From positions 1 to 64,000 of the forward strand of contig JAJCTO010000015.1 of the NCBI GenBank assembly GCA_046563655.1: a stretch of DNA of 64,000 nucleotides. The letters run 5' to 3'. The translations under genes were made by a program, and so were the position numbers. Position 1 is the stretch's first letter. Each line of letters opens with the position of its first letter. This DNA is from Yuukianura sp. NJ FZ-2021. Taxonomy: Eukaryota. The notes under the pieces were generated by a model that saw only the letters and a list, made by a program, of their open reading frames with translations, had not been told where the DNA came from and did not search any database. Shown piece after piece: positions 51,705 through 64,000 of the stretch.

Positions 51705-54625
51705 GGTTCATCCAGACTTTTAAAAACACTCTAACCAGATTTAATGGCGATCTATCCACGCCAATCAAACTTGGGTTCCTGAAGTACTTTTCAGGAGGAT
51801 TTCAGAAAAGTAACTCATTTTCACCCGGCATCGCTCCGAGTGGAGGTTCTTGAAACAAATTTTCATAAATAAAGGTAACAAGATGAGGGACGACACAGCA
51901 AGTGAAAGTGGGTTCCTGTAGCACTTTTTATGAGGATTTCAAAAATGTAATTTACTTTCTGTTCATTCCAGCATCGTTCCGGAATGTTCATTCTCTCAAA
52001 TTTGAATTCTTTGTTTTGAAACATGAATTTTCATAAATAAAGGTAACAAGATGAGGGACGACACAGCAAGTGAAAGTGGGTTCCTGTAGCACTTTTTATG
52101 AGGATTTCAAAAATGTAATTTACTTTCTGTTCATTCTCACATTTGCATGTTCATTCTCTCAAATTTAAGTCGTTTTCGACAAAATGGTGCTCGGCATTGC
52201 TCTGGGTGCCGTTTACCAACCCAAGATAAACTCCGAGGCAGTGCGGTTCATCCAGACTTTTAAAAACACTCTAACCAGATTTAATGGCGATCTATCCACG
52301 CCAATCAAACTTGGGTTCCTGAAGTACTTTTCAGGAGGATTTCAGAAAAGTAACTCACTTTCACCCGGCATCGCTCCGAGTGGAGGTTCTTGAAACAAAT
52401 TTTCATAAAGAAAAGTAACGAGATGAGGGACGACACGGCAAGTGAAAGTGGGTTCCTGTAGCACTTTTTATGAGGATCTCAAAAATGCAATTTACTTTCT
52501 GTTCATTCTCACATTTGCATGTTCATTCTCTCAAATTTAAGTCGTTTTCGACAAAATGGTGCTCGGCATTGCTCTGGGTGCCGTTTACCAACCCAAGATA
52601 AACTCCGAGGCAGTGCGGTTCATCCAGACTTTTAAGCACACTCTAACCAGATTTAATGGCGATCTATCCACGCCAATCAAACTTGGGTTCCTGAAGTACT
52701 TTTCAGGAGGATTTCAGAAAAGTAACTCATTTTCACCCGGCATCGCTCCGAGTGGAGGTTCTTGAAACAAATTTTCATAAAGAAAAGTAACGAGATGAGG
52801 GACGACACGGCAAGTGAAAGTGGGTTCCTGTAGCACTTTTTATGAGGATCTCAAAAATGTAATTTACTTTCTGTTCATTCTCACATTTGCATGTTCATTC
52901 TCTCAAATTTAAGTCGTTTTCGACAAAATGGTGCTCGGCATTGCTCTGGGTGCCGTTTACCAACCCAAGATAAACTCCGAGGCAGTGCGGTTCATCCAGA
53001 CTTTTAAAAACACTCTAACCAGATTTAATGGCGATCTATCCACGCCAATCAAACTTGGGTTCCTGAAGTACTTTTCAGGAGGATTTCAGAAAAGTAACTC
53101 ACTTTCACCCGGCATCGCTCCGAGTGGAGGTTCTTGAAACAAATTTTCATAAAGAAAAGTAACGAGATGAGGGACGACACGGCAAGTGAAAGTGGGTTCC
53201 TGTAGCACTTTTTATGAGAATCTCAAAAATGCAATTTACTTTCTGTTCATTCTCACATTTGCATGTTCATTCTCTCAAATTTAAGTCGTTTTCGACAAAA
53301 TGGTGCTCGGCATTGCTCTGGGTGCCGTTTACCAACCCAAGATAAACTCCGAGGCAGTGCGGTTCATCCAGACTTTTAAGCACACTCTAACCAGATTTAA
53401 TGGCGATCTATCCACGCCAATCAAACTTGGGTTCCTGAAGTACTTTTCAGGAGGATTTCAGAAAAGTAACTCATTTTCACCCGGCATCGCTCCGAGTGGA
53501 GGTTCTTGAAACAAATTTTCATAAAGAAAAGTAACGAGATGAGGGACGACACGGCAAGTGAAAGTGGGTTCCTGTAGCACTTTTTATGAGGATTTCAAAA
53601 ATGTAATTTACTTTCTGTTCATTCTCACATTTGCATGTTCATTCTCTCAAATTTAAGTCGTTTTCGACAAAATGGTGCTCGGCATTGCTCTGGGTGCCGT
53701 TTACCAACCCAAGATAAACTCCGAGGCAGTGCGGTTCATCCAGACTTTTAAGCACACTCTAACCAGATTTAATGGCGATCTATCCACGCCAATCAAACTT
53801 GGGTTCCTGAAGTACTTTTCAGGAGGATTTCAGAAAAGTAACTCATTTTCACCCGGCATCGCTCCGAGTGGAGGTTCTTGAAACAAATTTTCATAAAGAA
53901 AAGTAACGAGATGAGGGACGACACGGCAAGTGAAAGTGGGTTCCTGTAGCACTTTTTATGAGTATCTCAAAAATGCAATTTACTTTCTGTTCATTCTCAC
54001 ATTTGCATGTTCATTCTCTCAAATTTAAGTCGTTTTCGACAAAATGGTGCTCGGCATTGCTCTGGGTGCCGTTTACCAACCCAAGATAAACTCCGAGGCA
54101 GTGCGGTTCATCCAGACTTTTAAAAACACTCTAACCAGATTTAATGGCGATCTATCCACGCCAATCAAACTTGGGTTCCTGAAGTACTTTTCAGGAGGAT
54201 TTCAGAAAAGTAACTCATTTTCACCCGGCATCGCTCCGAGTGGAGGTTCTTGAAACAAATTTTCATAAAGAAAAGTAACGAGATGAGGGACGACACGGCA
54301 AGTGAAAGTGGGTTCCTGTAGCACTTTTTATGAGGATCTCAAAAATGTAATTTACTTTCTGTTCATTCTCACATTTGCATGTTCATTCTCTCAAATTTAA
54401 GTCGTTTTCGACAAAATGGTGCTCGGCATTGCTCTGGGTGCCGTTTACCAACCCAAGATAAACTCCGAGGCAGTGCGGTTCATCCAGACTTTTAAGTACA
54501 CTCTAACCAGATTTAATGGCGATCTATCCACGCCAATCAAACTTGGGTTCCTGAAGTACTTTTCAGGAGGATTTCAGAAAAGTAACTCATTTTCACCCGG
54601 CATCGCTCCGAGTGGAGGTTCTTGA
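51705..54625. repeat. Inverted satellite arm, proximal tract: a partial monomer and mosaic unit, then seven A monomers at 372-bp spacing
   Basis: Reverse complement of the left-arm monomer. ORF starts 52184, 52556, 52928, 53300, 53672, 54044, 54416 step by exactly 372. Confidence 0.95.
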
Positions 54626-57600
54626 AACAAATTTTCATAAAGAAAAGTAACGAGATGAGGGACGACACGGCAAGTGAAAGTGGGTTCCTGTAGCACTTTT
54701 TATGAGGATCTCAAAAAGGTAGTTGACTTTTACCTAGCATCGTTCCGGAATGCATTTCTTTTGAATTCTTTGTTTTAAAACTTGAATTTTCATAAATAAA
54801 GGTAACAAGATGAGGCACGACACAGCAAGTGAAAGTGCGTTCCTGTAGCACTTTTTATGAGGATTTCAAAAATGTAATTTACTTTCTGTTCATTCTCACA
54901 TTTGCATGTTCATTCTCTCAAATTTAAGTCGTTTTCGACAAAATGGTGCTCGGCATTGCTCTGGGTGCCGTTTACCAACCCAAGATAAACTCCGAGGCAG
55001 TGCGGTTCATCCAGACTTTTAAGCACACTCTAACCAGATTTAATGGCGATCTATCCACGCCAATCAAACTTGGGTTCCTGAAGTACTTTTCAGGAGGATT
55101 TCAGAAAAGTAACTCATTTTCACCCGGCATCGCTCCGAGTGGAGGTTCTTGAAACAAATTTTCATAAAGAAAAGTAACGAGATGAGGGACGACACGGCAA
55201 GTGAAAGTGGGTTCCTGTAGCACTTTTTATGAGGATCTCAAAAAGGTAGTTGACTTTTACCTAGCATCGTTCCGGAATGCATTTCTTTTGAATTCTTTGT
55301 TTTAAAACTTGAATTTTCATAAATAAAGGTAACAAGATGAGGCACGACACAGCAAGTGAAAGTGCGTTCCTGTAGCACTTTTTATGAGGATTTCAAAAAT
55401 GTAATTTACTTTCTGTTCATTCTCACATTTGCATGTTCATTCTCTCAAATTTAAGTCGTTTTCGACAAAATGGTGCTCGGCATTGCTCTGGGTGCCGTTT
55501 ACCAACCCAAGATAAACTCCGAGGCAGTGCGGTTCATCCAGACTTTTAAGCACACTCTAACCAGATTTAATGGCGATCTATCCACGCCAATCAAACTTGG
55601 GTTCCTGAAGTACTTTTCAGGAGGATTTCAGAAAAGTAACTCATTTTCACCCGGCATCGCTCCGAGTGGAGGTTCTTGAAACAAATTTTCATAAAGAAAA
55701 GTAACGAGATGAGGGACGACACGGCAAGTGAAAGTGGGTTCCTGAAGTACTTTTCAGGAGGATCTCAAAAAGGTAGTTGACTTTTACCTAGCATCGTTCC
55801 GGAATGCATTTCTTTTGAATTCTTTGTTTTAAAACTTGAATTTTCATAAATAAAGGTAACAAGATGAGGCACGACACAGCAAGTGAAAGTGCGTTCCTGT
55901 AGCACTTTTTATGAGGATTTCAAAAATGTAATTTACTTTCTGTTCATTCTCACATTTGCATGTTCATTCTCTCAAATTTAAGTCGTTTTCGACAAAATGG
56001 TGCTCGGCATTGCTCTGGGTGCCGTTTACCAACCCAAGATAAACTCCGAGGCAGTGCGGTTCATCCAGACTTTTAAGTACACTCTAACCAGATTTAATGG
56101 CGATCTATCCACGCCAATCAAACTTGGGTTCCTGAAGTACTTTTCAGGAGGATTTCAGAAAAGTAACTCATTTTCACCCGGCATCGCTCCGAGTGGAGGT
56201 TCTTGAAACAAATTTTCATAAAGAAAAGTAACGAGATGAGGGACGACACGGCAAGTGAAAGTGGGTTCCTGAAGTACTTTTCAGGAGGATCTCAAAAAGG
56301 TAGTTGACTTTTACCTAGCATCGTTCCGGAATGCATTTCTTTTGAATTCTTTGTTTTAAAACTTGAATTTTCATAAATAAAGGTAACAAGATGAGGCACG
56401 ACACAGCAAGTGAAAGTGCGATCCTGTAGCACTTTTTATGAGGATTTCAAAAATGTAATTTACTTTCTGTTCATTCTCACATTTGCATGTTCATTCTCTC
56501 AAATTTAAGTCGTTTTCGACAAAATGGTGCTCGGCATTGCTCTGGGTGCCGTTTACCAACCCAAGATAAACTCCGAGGCAGTGCGGTTCATCCAGACTTT
56601 TAAGTACACTCTAACCAGATTTAATGGCGATCTATCCACGCCAATCAAACTTGGGTTCCTGAAGTACTTTTCAGGAGGATTTCAGAAAAGTAACTCATTT
56701 TCACCCGGCATCGCTCCGAGTGGAGGTTCTTGAAACAAATTTTCATAAAGAAAAGTAACGAGATGAGGGACGACACGGCAAGTGAAAGTGGGTTCCTGTA
56801 GCACTTTTTATGAGGATCTCAAAAAGGTAGTTGACTTTTACCTAGCATCGTTCCGGAATGCATTTCTTTTGAATTCTTTGTTTTAAAACTTGAATTTTCA
56901 TAAATAAAGGTAACAAGATGAGGCACGACACAGCAAGTGAAAGTGCGTTCCTGTAGCACTTTTTATGAGGATTTCAAAAATGTAATTTACTTTCTGTTCA
57001 TTCTCACATTTGCATGTTCATTCTCTCAAATTTAAGTCGTTTTCGACAAAATGGTGCTCGGCATTGCTCTGGGTGCCGTTTACCAACCCAAGATAAACTC
57101 CGAGGCAGTGCGGTTCATCCAGACTTTTAAGCACACTCTAACCAGATTTAATGGCGACCTATCCACGCCAATCAAACTTGGGTTCCTGAAGTACTTTTCA
57201 GGAGGATTTCAGAAAAGTAACTCATTTTCACCCGGCATCGCTCCGAGTGGAGGTTCTTGAAACAAATTTTCATAAAGAAAAGTAACGAGATGAGGGACGA
57301 CACGGCAAGTGAAAGTGGGTTCCTGAAGTACTTTTCAGGAGGATCTCAAAAAGGTAGTTGACTTTTACCTAGCATCGTTCCGGAATGCATTTCTTTTGAA
57401 TTCTTTGTTTTAAAACTTGAATTTTCATAAATAAAGGTAACAAGATGAGGCACGACACAGCAAGTGAAAGTGCGATCCTGTAGCACTTTTTATGAGGATT
57501 TCAAAAATGTAATTTACTTTCTGTTCATTCTCACATTTGCATGTTCATTCTCTCAAATTTAAGTCGTTTTCGACAAAATGGTGCTCGGCATTGCTCTGGG

Positions 57601-60600
57601 TGCCGTTTACCAACCCAAGATAAACTCCGAGGCAGTGCGGTTCATCCAGACTTTTAAGTACACTCTAACCAGATTTAATGGCGATCTATCCACGCCAATC
57701 AAACTTGGGTTCCTGAAGTACTTTTCAGGAGGATTTCAGAAAAGTAACTCATTTTCACCCTGCATCGCTCCGAGTGGAGGTTCTTGAAACAAATTTTCAT
57801 AAAGAAAAGTAACGAGATGAGGGACGACACGGCAAGTGAAAGTGGGTTCCTGTAGTACTTTTTATGAGGATCTCAAAAAGGTAGTTGACTTTTACCTAGC
57901 ATCGTTCCGGAATGCATTTCTTTTGAATTCTTTGTTTTAAAACTTGAATTTTCATAAATAAAGGTAACAAGATGAGGCACGACACAGCAAGTGAAAGTGC
58001 GTTCCTGTAGCACTTTTTATGAGGATTTCAAAAATGTAATTTACTTTCTGTTCATTCTCACATTTGCATGTTCATTCTTTCAAATTTAAGTCGTTTTCGA
58101 CAAAATGGTGCTCGGCATTGCTCTGGGTGCCGTTTACCAACCCAAGATAAACTCCGAGGCAGTGCGGTTCATCCAGACTTTTAAGTACACTCTAACCAGA
58201 TTTAATGGCGATCTATCCACGCCAATCAAACTTGGGTTCCTGAAGTACTTTTCAGGAGGATTTCAGAAAAGTAACTCATTTTTACCCTGCATCGCTCCGA
58301 GTGGAGGTTCTTGAAACAAATTTTCATAAAGAAAAGTAACGAGATGAGGGACGACACGGCAAGTGAAAGTGGGTTCCTGTAGCACTTTTTATGACGATCT
58401 CAAAAAGGTAGTTGACTTTTACCTAGCATCGTTCCGGATTGCATTTCTTTTGAATTCTTTGTTTTAAAACTTGAATTTTCATAAATAAAGGTAACAAGAT
58501 GAGGCACGACACAGCAAGTGAAAGTGCGTTCCTGTAGCACTTTTTATGAGGATTTCAAAAATGTAATTTACTTTCTGTTCATTCTCACATTTGCATGTTC
58601 ATTCTCTCAAATTTAAGTCGTTTTCGACAAAATGGTGCTCGGCATTGCTCTGGGTGCCGTTTACCAACCCAGGATAAACTCCGAGGCAGTGCGGTTCATC
58701 CAGACTTTTAAGCACACTCTAACCAGATTTAATGGCGACCTATCCACGGCAATCAAACTTGGATTCCTGAAGTACTTTTCAGGAGGATTTCAGAAAAGTA
58801 ACTCATTTTCACCCGGCATCGCTCCGAGTGGAGGTTCTTGAAACAAATTTTCATAAAGAAAAGTAACGAGATGAGGGACGACACGGCAAGTGAAAGTGGG
58901 TTCCTGAAGTACTTTTCAGGAGGATCTCAAAAAGGTAGTTGACTTTTACCTAGCATCGTTCCGGAATGCATTTCTTTTGAATTCTTTGTTTTAAAACTTG
59001 AATTTTCATAAATAAAGGTAACAAGATGAGGCACGACACAGCAAGTGAAAGTGCGTTCCTGTAGCACTTTTTATGAGGATTTCAAAAATGTAATTTACTT
59101 TCTGTTCATTCTCACATTTGCATGTTCATTCTCTCAAATTTAAGTCGTTTTCGACAAAATGGTGCTCGGCATTGCTCTGGGTGCCGTTTACCAACCCAAG
59201 ATAAACTCCGAGGCAGTGCGGTTCATCCAGACTTTTAAGTACACTCTAACCAGATTTAATGGCGATCTATCCACGCCAATCAAACTTGGGTTCCTGAAGT
59301 ACTTTTCAGGAGGATTTCAGAAAAGTAACTCATTTTCACCCGGCATCGCTCCGAGTGGAGGTTCTTGAAACAAATTTTCATAAAGAAAAGTAACGAGATG
59401 AGGGACGACACGGCAAGTGAAAGTGGGTTCCTGTAGCACTTTTTATGAGGATCTCAAAAAGGTAGTTGACTTTTACCTAGCATCGTTCCGGAATGCATTT
59501 CTTTTGAATTCTTTGTTTTAAAACTTGAATTTTCATAAATAAAGGTAACAAGATGAGGCACGACACAGCAAGTGAAAGTGCGTTCCTGTAGCACTTTTTA
59601 TGAGGATTTCAAAAATGTAATTTACTTTCTGTTCATTCTCACATTTGCATGTTCATTCTCTCAAATTTAAGTCGTTTTCGACAAAATGGTGCTCGGCATT
59701 GCTCTGGGTGCCGTTTACCAACCCAAGATAAACTCCGAGGCAGTGCGGTTCATCCAGACTTTTAAGCACACTCTAACCAGATTTAATGGCGACCTATCCA
59801 CGCCAATCAAACTTGGGTTCCTGAAGTACTTTTCAGGAGGATTTCAGAAAAGTAACTCATTTTCACCCGGCATCGCTCCGAGTGGAGGTTCTTGAAACAA
59901 ATTTTCATAAAGAAAAGTAACGAGATGAGGGACGACACGGCAAGTGAAAGTGGGTTCCTGTAGCACTTTTTATGAGGATCTCAAAAAGGTAGTTGACTTT
60001 TACCTAGCATCGTTCCGGAATGCATTTCTTTTGAATTCTTTGTTTTAAAACTTGAATTTTCATAAATAAAGGTAACAAGATGAGGCACGACACAGCAAGT
60101 GAAAGTGCGTTCCTGTAGCACTTTTTATGAGGATTTCAAAAATGTAATTTACTTTCTGTTCATTCTCACATTTGCATGTTCATTCTCTCAAATTTAAGTC
60201 GTTTTCGACAAAATGGTGCTCGGCATTGCTCTGGGTGCCGTTTACCAACCCAAGATAAACTCCGAGGCAGTGCGGTTCATCCAGACTTTTAAGCACACTC
60301 TAACCAGATTTAATGGCGATCTATCCACGCCAATCAAACTTGGGTTCCTGAAGTACTTTTCAGGAGGATTTCAGAAAAGTAACTCATTTTCACCCGGCAT
60401 CGCTCCGAGTGGAGGTTCTTGAAACAAATTTTCATAAAGAAAAGTAACGAGATGAGGGACGACACGGCAAGTGAAAGTGGGTTCCTGAAGTACTTTTCAG
60501 GAGGATCTCAAAAAGGTAGTTGACTTTTACCTAGCATCGTTCCGGAATGCATTTCTTTTGAATTCTTTGTTTTAAAACTTGAATTTTCATAAATAAAGGT

Positions 60601-63600
60601 AACAAGATGAGGCACGACACAGCAAGTGAAAGTGCGTTCCTGTAGCACTTTTTATGAGGATTTCAAAAATGTAATTTACTTTCTGTTCATTCTCACATTT
60701 GCATGTTCATTCTCTCAAATTTAAGTCGTTTTCGACAAAATGGTGCTCGGCATTGCTCTGGGTGCCGTTTACCAACCCAAGATAAACTCCGAGGCAGTGC
60801 GGTTCATCCAGACTTTTAAGTACACTCTAACCAGATTTAATGGCGATCTATCCACGCCAATCAAACTTGGGTTCCTGAAGTACTTTTCAGGAGGATTTCA
60901 GAAAAGTAACTCATTTTCACCCGGCATCGCTCCGAGTGGAGGTTCTTGAAACAAATTTTCATAAAGAAAAGTAACGAGATGAGGGACGACACGGCAAGTG
61001 AAAGTGGGTTCCTGTAGCACTTTTTATGAGGATCTCAAAAAGGTAGTTGACTTTTACCTAGCATCGTTCCGGAATGCATTTCTTTTGAATTCTTTGTTTT
61101 AAAACTTGAATTTTCATAAATAAAGGTAACAAGATGAGGCACGACACAGCAAGTGAAAGTGCGTTCCTGTAGCACTTTTTATGAGGATTTCAAAAATGTA
61201 ATTTACTTTCTGTTCATTCTCACATTTGCATGTTCATTCTCTCAAATTTAAGTCGTTTTCGACAAAATGGTGCTCGGCATTGCTCTGGGTGCCGTTTACC
61301 AACCCAAGATAAACTCCGAGGCAGTGCGGTTCATCCAGACTTTTAAGCACACTCTAACCAGATTTAATGGCGATCTATCCACGCCAATCAAACTTGGGTT
61401 CCTGAAGTACTTTTCAGGAGGATTTCAGAAAAGTAACTCATTTTCACCCGGCATCGCTCCGAGTGGAGGTTCTTGAAACAAATTTTCATAAAGAAAAGTA
61501 ACGAGATGAGGGACGACACGGCAAGTGAAAGTGGGTTCCTGAAGTACTTTTCAGGAGGATCTCAAAAAGGTAGTTGACTTTTACCTAGCATCGTTCCGGA
61601 ATGCATTTCTTTTGAATTCTTTGTTTTAAAACTTGAATTTTCATAAATAAAGGTAACAAGATGAGGCACGACACAGCAAGTGAAAGTGCGTTCCTGTAGC
61701 ACTTTTTATGAGGATTTCAAAAATGTAATTTACTTTCTGTTCATTCTCACATTTGCATGTTCATTCTCTCAAATTTAAGTCGTTTTCGACAAAATGGTGC
61801 TCGGCATTGCTCTGGGTGCCGTTTACCAACCCAAGATAAACTCCGAGGCAGTGCGGTTCATCCAGACTTTTAAGCACACTCTAACCAGATTTAATGGCGA
61901 TCTATCCACGCCAATCAAACTTGGGTTCCTGAAGTACTTTTCAGGAGGATTTCAGAAAAGTAACTCATTTTCACCCGGCATCGCTCCGAGTGGAGGTTCT
62001 TGAAACAAATTTTCATAAAGAAAAGTAACGAGATGAGGGACGACACGGCAAGTGAAAGTGGGTTCCTGAAGTACTTTTATGAGGATCTCAAAAAGGTAGT
62101 TGACTTTTACCTAGCATCGTTCCGGAATGCATTTCTTTTGAATTCTTTGTTTTAAAACTTGAATTTTCATAAATAAAGGTAACAAGATGAGGCACGACAC
62201 AGCAAGTGAAAGTGCGTTCCTGTAGCACTTTTTATGAGGATTTCAAAAATGTAATTTACTTTCTGTTCATTCTCACATTTGCATGTTCATTCTCTCAAAT
62301 TTAAGTCGTTTTCGACAAAATGGTGCTCGGCATTGCTCTGGGTGCCGTTTACCAACCCAAGATAAACTCCGAGGCAGTGCGGTTCATCCAGACTTTTAAG
62401 CACACTCTAACCAGATTTAATGGCGATCTATCCACGCCAATCAAACTTGGGTTCCTGAAGTACTTTTCAGGAGGATTTCAGAAAAGTAACTCATTTTCAC
62501 CCGGCATCGCTCCGAGTGGAGGTTCTTGAAACAAATTTTCATAAAGAAAAGTAACGAGATGAGGGACGACACGGCAAGTGAAAGTGGGTTCCTGTAGCAC
62601 TTTTTATGAGGATCTCAAAAAGGTAGTTGACTTTTACCTAGCATCGTTCCGGAATGCATTTCTTTTGAATTCTTTGTTTTAAAACTTGAATTTTCATAAA
62701 TAAAGGTAACAAGATGAGGCACGACACAGCAAGTGAAAGTGCGTTCCTGTAGCACTTTTTATGAGGATTTCAAAAATGTAATTTACTTTCTGTTCATTCT
62801 CACATTTGCATGTTCATTCTCTCAAATTTAAGTCGTTTTCGACAAAATGGTGCTCGGCATTGCTCTGGGTGCCGTTTACCAACCCAAGATAAACTCCGAG
62901 GCAGTGCGGTTCATCCAGACTTTTAAGCACACTCTAACCAGATTTAATGGCGATCTATCCACGCCAATCAAACTTGGGTTCCTGAAGTACTTTTCAGGAG
63001 GATTTCAGAAAAGTAACTCATTTTCACCCGGCATCGCTCCGAGTGGAGGTTCTTGAAACAAATTTTCATAAAGAAAAGTAACGAGATGAGGGACGACACG
63101 GCAAGTGAAAGTGGGTTCCTGTAGTACTTTTTATGAGGATCTCAAAAAGGTAGTTGACTTTTACCTAGCATCGTTCCGGAATGCATTTCTTTTGAATTCT
63201 TTGTTTTAAAACTTGAATTTTCATAAATAAAGGTAACAAGATGAGGCACGACACAGCAAGTGAAAGTGCGTTCCTGTAGCACTTTTTATGAGGATTTCAA
63301 AAATGTAATTTACTTTCTGTTCATTCTCACATTTGCATGTTCATTCTCTCAAATTTAAGTCGTTTTCGACAAAATGGTGCTCGGCATTGCTCTGGGTGCC
63401 GTTTACCAACCCAAGATAAACTCCGAGGCAGTGCGGTTCATCCAGACTTTTAAGTACACTCTAACCAGATTTAATGGCGATCTATCCACGCCAATCAAAC
63501 TTGGGTTCCTGAAGTACTTTTCAGGAGGATTTCAGAAAAGTAACTCATTTTCACCCGGCATCGCTCCGAGTGGAGGTTCTTGAAACAAATTTTCATAAAG

Positions 63601-64000
63601 AAAAGTAACGAGATGAGGGACGACACGGCAAGTGAAAGTGGGTTCCTGAAGTACTTTTCAGGAGGATCTCAAAAAGGTAGTTGACTTTTACCTAGCATCG
63701 TTCCGGAATGCATTTCTTTTGAATTCTTTGTTTTAAAACTTGAATTTTCATAAATAAAGGTAACAAGATGAGGCACGACACAGCAAGTGAAAGTGCGTTC
63801 CTGTAGCACTTTTTATGAGGATTTCAAAAATGTAATTTACTTTCTGTTCATTCTCACATTTGCATGTTCATTCTCTCAAATTTAAGTCGTTTTCGACAAA
63901 ATGGTGCTCGGCATTGCTCTGGGTGCCGTTTACCAACCCAAGATAAACTCCGAGGCAGTGCGGTTCATCCAGACTTTTAAGTACACTCTAACCAGATTTA
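54626..64000. repeat. Inverted satellite arm, homogeneous 527-bp (A+B) array
   Basis: ORF starts from 54416 to 63374 step by 527 (one step of 526), and the next ATG is at 63901. Every unit contains B. Confidence 0.96.

Noticed and set aside
811..63583. Repeated 69/107-aa ORFs (MVLGIALGAVYQPK...) as a tandem gene family
   Set aside because: They track the satellite period, are often broken by stops and frameshifts, show mostly amino-acid-changing variants, and have no recognisable domain. The longer forms rely on non-ATG starts.
1..64000. CRISPR array
   Set aside because: No unique spacers between short repeats and no cas genes. The entire unit is repeated.

Overview
This window is almost entirely one AT-rich eukaryote-type satellite array, with no credible protein-coding gene; the repeated 69/107-aa ORFs are by-products of the repeat. 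The array is built from a 372-bp monomer (A) and an optional 155-bp related unit (B, A+B = 527 bp). Both derive from a shared ~137-155-bp ancestral subrepeat. The left arm (1-51412) mixes A and AB units in short local higher-order repeats (periods ~899, 1116, 1271, 1426, 2169, 2539 bp). It carries six copies of a 225-bp piggyBac-type MITE (TTAA TSD, 14-bp CCCT..AGGG TIRs). All six sit at the same monomer site and in the same haplotype context, so they are most likely one insertion amplified with the array. Two copies are rearranged at the centre of the same 20-bp perfect palindrome. At 51413-51704 the array switches orientation across a 292-bp non-satellite spacer holding a CATAACAAY minisatellite and a tRNA-like (SINE-like) Pol III box A/B element. 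The right arm (51705-64000) is inverted: a short 372-bp tract, then a very homogeneous 527-bp array. The organism and satellite family could not be identified from sequence alone. A few mosaic monomers may be consensus or polishing artefacts.
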